From assembly GCA_964387845.1 (NCBI GenBank), contig CAYLXA010000005.1, forward strand, positions 140,955 to 204,954: a stretch of 64,000 nucleotides of DNA, read 5' to 3'. The position numbers and the translations under genes are program-made. The notes below the pieces were generated by a model. That model was given only the letters and a program-made list of their open reading frames with translations. It was not told the DNA's origin and made no database searches. Below, piece by piece: positions 62,087-64,000 of this stretch (within the stretch, counting starts at the first letter, position 1; each line of letters begins with the position of its first letter). The stretch is from an uncultured bacterium (lineage in GTDB: Bacteria > Omnitrophota > Omnitrophia > Omnitrophales > Abzuiibacteriaceae).

Positions 62087-64000
62087 ATGCGTTCATTCAT
62101 TTCTGGTTTACTTATTTTTTGTTTAAGTCTTGCGCTTCCGCTTCAGGCGGCTCAGGAAAAAACCAAGACGCTTCCGGAAGTGCTTGTGAAATCAAAGAAA
62201 ATGGAGAAGTCGCTCATGGTTCCGGACGCCGAATCCGCGAAAGCTGCCGCCAAACGCGTGCCGGGCGGCACCGATGTGGTTGAAGCGGAGGATTATAAGA
62301 AAGGCCGCGCGTCCACCTTGCAGGATATGCTCGGGTATTCGCCGGGTGTATTCGTCCAGCCGAGGTTTGGCTCGGATGAAGCGCGTGTCTCCATCCGCGG
62401 CTCGGGGATTCAGCGGACATTCCATTTGCGCGGCATCAAGCTTCTGCAGGACGGTGTTCCGATTAATGAAGCCGATGGAGGCGGAGATTTTCAGGCGATT
62501 GATCCGCTCGCGCTTCAGTATGTCGAAGTTTACCGCGGTGCCAACGCGCTTCAATACGGCGCGACGACTTTGGGCGGTGCGGTGAATTTTGTATCGCCAA
62601 CGGGTTACGATGCGCCGCTCATTCAGGGCCGCATTGAAGGCGGCAGCTACGGTTATCTGCGCAGCCAGGTGAGTTCCGGCGAAGTGCTGGGGCCGTTTGA
62701 TTATTACGTATCGCTCTCACAAGCGCGCCAGCACGGATTTCGCGGCCACGCCAATCAGGATGCGGAGCGCTTTTTCGGAAATTTCGGCCTCCGGATCGGC
62801 GACAGCGTTGAGAATCGTTTTTACGTGACGCTCATCGATACGGATTCCAAGCTACCGGGCAATTTAACTAAATCTCAGATGTGGAATAATCCTCACCAAG
62901 GCGCAACGTCGAATGTGACCGGAAATCAAAAGCGCGATTTTGATTACATCCGCCTCGCGAACAAAACCGCTTTCCGCTGGGACGATCAAGTTTTGGAAAT
63001 CGGCGCGTTCTGGTTTCAGAAGGACCTTTTTCACCCGATTTTCCAGCTGTTTGAAATTTTCTACAACAACGTAGGCGGCAGCCTGCGGTACCAGAATTTC
63101 AAGGAGCTCTTCGGGCATAAAAATATCCTGACGCTCGGTTTTAATCCCGTCTTCGGCAGTGCGAAGGATTTGCGCTACCTGAATGTCGGCGGCGCGCGAG
63201 GGCGCGAGACGGCCGGGAGCCGGCAGGATTCCTACAATCTGGACCTTTACGGCGAAAATTTGTTTTATATTTCGCCGCAACTTGCTATCGTCACAGGCGG
63301 CCAGCTGAGTTTTGCTTCACGCAAGACGAAAGACCAGTTTCTCTCGGACGGCAATCATGACGGCCATCCGACTTATCAGGCATTCAGCCCGAAAATCGGC
63401 GTTCTTTATGACCTGACGGAGCAAAGCCAGGTTTTCGCCAATTACAGCCGCAGTTTCGAACCGCCGAGTTTTGGTGAGCTTGCCAACCGCACGGGTGGCG
63501 GCATCACGGATTTGACGGAACAAAGGGGCGATACGTTTGAAATTGGGACGCGCGGCCGAGAAGGGCGCGCGAGTTGGGATTTCGCGTATTATTTCTCAAC
63601 GGTTCAAAACGAACTGCTGAGCTTGAATGACGCGCTGGGAAATGCGCTCGGCACCATCAACGCGTATGAAACGCGCCATCAAGGTGTTGAACTTGGCGCG
63701 GGGGTTGATGTTGCGCGCGGGCTTGTCGCGAAAAACGAAGACGCAGCCAAACAGGATAAAGTCGCGCTGCGCGGCGTTTATAATTGGAGCCGCTTCGCGT
63801 TTCACCGCGACCCGCTTTACGCTCATATGGCGCTTCCCGGGATTCCGGAGCACTTTACGCGCGCAGAACTCGTTTATGAACATCCGAGCGGGATTTATTT
63901 TGGCCCCAATCTCGAATGGTCCATGAAAGAGTATCCGGTCGATATGGCGAATTCACTTTTTGCGGGTCCCTACGTCATTTTCGGCGCGAAAGCAGGCTAC
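62087..64000 (+). CDS. TonB-dependent outer-membrane receptor (3' end outside window)
   Basis: Signal MRSFISGLLIFCLSLALPLQA; plug domain (VEVYRGANALQYGATTLGGAVNFV), beta-barrel repeats; open to window end (638 codons). Confidence 0.8.
   Translation, partial: MRSFISGLLIFCLSLALPLQAAQEKTKTLPEVLVKSKKMEKSLMVPDAESAKAAAKRVPGGTDVVEAEDYKKGRASTLQDMLGYSPGVFVQPRFGSDEARVSIRGSGIQRTFHLRGIKLLQDGVPINEADGGGDFQAIDPLALQYVEVYRGANALQYGATTLGGAVNFVSPTGYDAPLIQGRIEGGSYGYLRSQVSSGEVLGPFDYYVSLSQARQHGFRGHANQDAERFFGNFGLRIGDSVENRFYVTLIDTDSKLPGNLTKSQMWNNPHQGATSNVTGNQKRDFDYIRLANKTAFRWDDQVLEIGAFWFQKDLFHPIFQLFEIFYNNVGGSLRYQNFKELFGHKNILTLGFNPVFGSAKDLRYLNVGGARGRETAGSRQDSYNLDLYGENLFYISPQLAIVTGGQLSFASRKTKDQFLSDGNHDGHPTYQAFSPKIGVLYDLTEQSQVFANYSRSFEPPSFGELANRTGGGITDLTEQRGDTFEIGTRGREGRASWDFAYYFSTVQNELLSLNDALGNALGTINAYETRHQGVELGAGVDVARGLVAKNEDAAKQDKVALRGVYNWSRFAFHRDPLYAHMALPGIPEHFTRAELVYEHPSGIYFGPNLEWSMKEYPVDMANSLFAGPYVIFGAKAGY

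Overview
64 kb of bacterial chromosome, about 50% GC, with nearly all genes on the + strand; the only minus-strand genes are rluA-like and ilvD, and there are no transposases or rRNA. Housekeeping content from left to right: guaB-like (partial) and guaA, dnaE, hup, cspA-like, rsmE, mtaB, a cvpA-like gene, mpg, the dnaG-rpoD macromolecular-synthesis pair, a heme branch (hemD-hemE fusion, hemY), a TPR protein, a PilZ protein, a thiol-disulfide set (YyaL, CcdA-Trx DsbD, DsbD-N, redoxin), ogg, ilvD, tRNA-Met(CAT), LptF/G, RNase P RNA, a complete Bacillus-type pyr operon (promoter, PyrR attenuator, pyrR-pyrB-pyrC-carA-carB-pyrK-pyrD-pyrF), yicC-gmk-rpoZ-coaC-coaB, a glycine-zipper lipoprotein, tRNA-Cys, and a partial TonB-dependent receptor. 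Accessory content: two type II toxin-antitoxin pairs (MazF-like and RHH-PIN) and an AT-rich two-gene island (PIN-like protein plus HNH nuclease). Three things stand out. (1) A single 10.2-kb ORF (47349..57515, 3388 aa) with a signal peptide and several membrane blocks, in which the pentapeptide RSELR (or RAELR/HSELR/KSELR) recurs 14 times between unrelated enzyme-like modules; synonymous codon variation at the motif shows selection at the protein level, so this may be a polyprotein or a motif-punctuated modular giant protein. (2) A bufferin-like RiPP locus: a GTG-initiated, Sec-signal-bearing DUF2282-type 6-Cys precursor followed by a fused DUF692(MNIO)-DUF2063 enzyme. (3) A family of at least 13 intergenic hairpin elements whose arms are tandem 6-8-nt repeats, in four sequence classes; copies overlap stop codons, separate genes inside the pyr operon, split coaC from coaB, and one forms the P12 helix of RNase P RNA.
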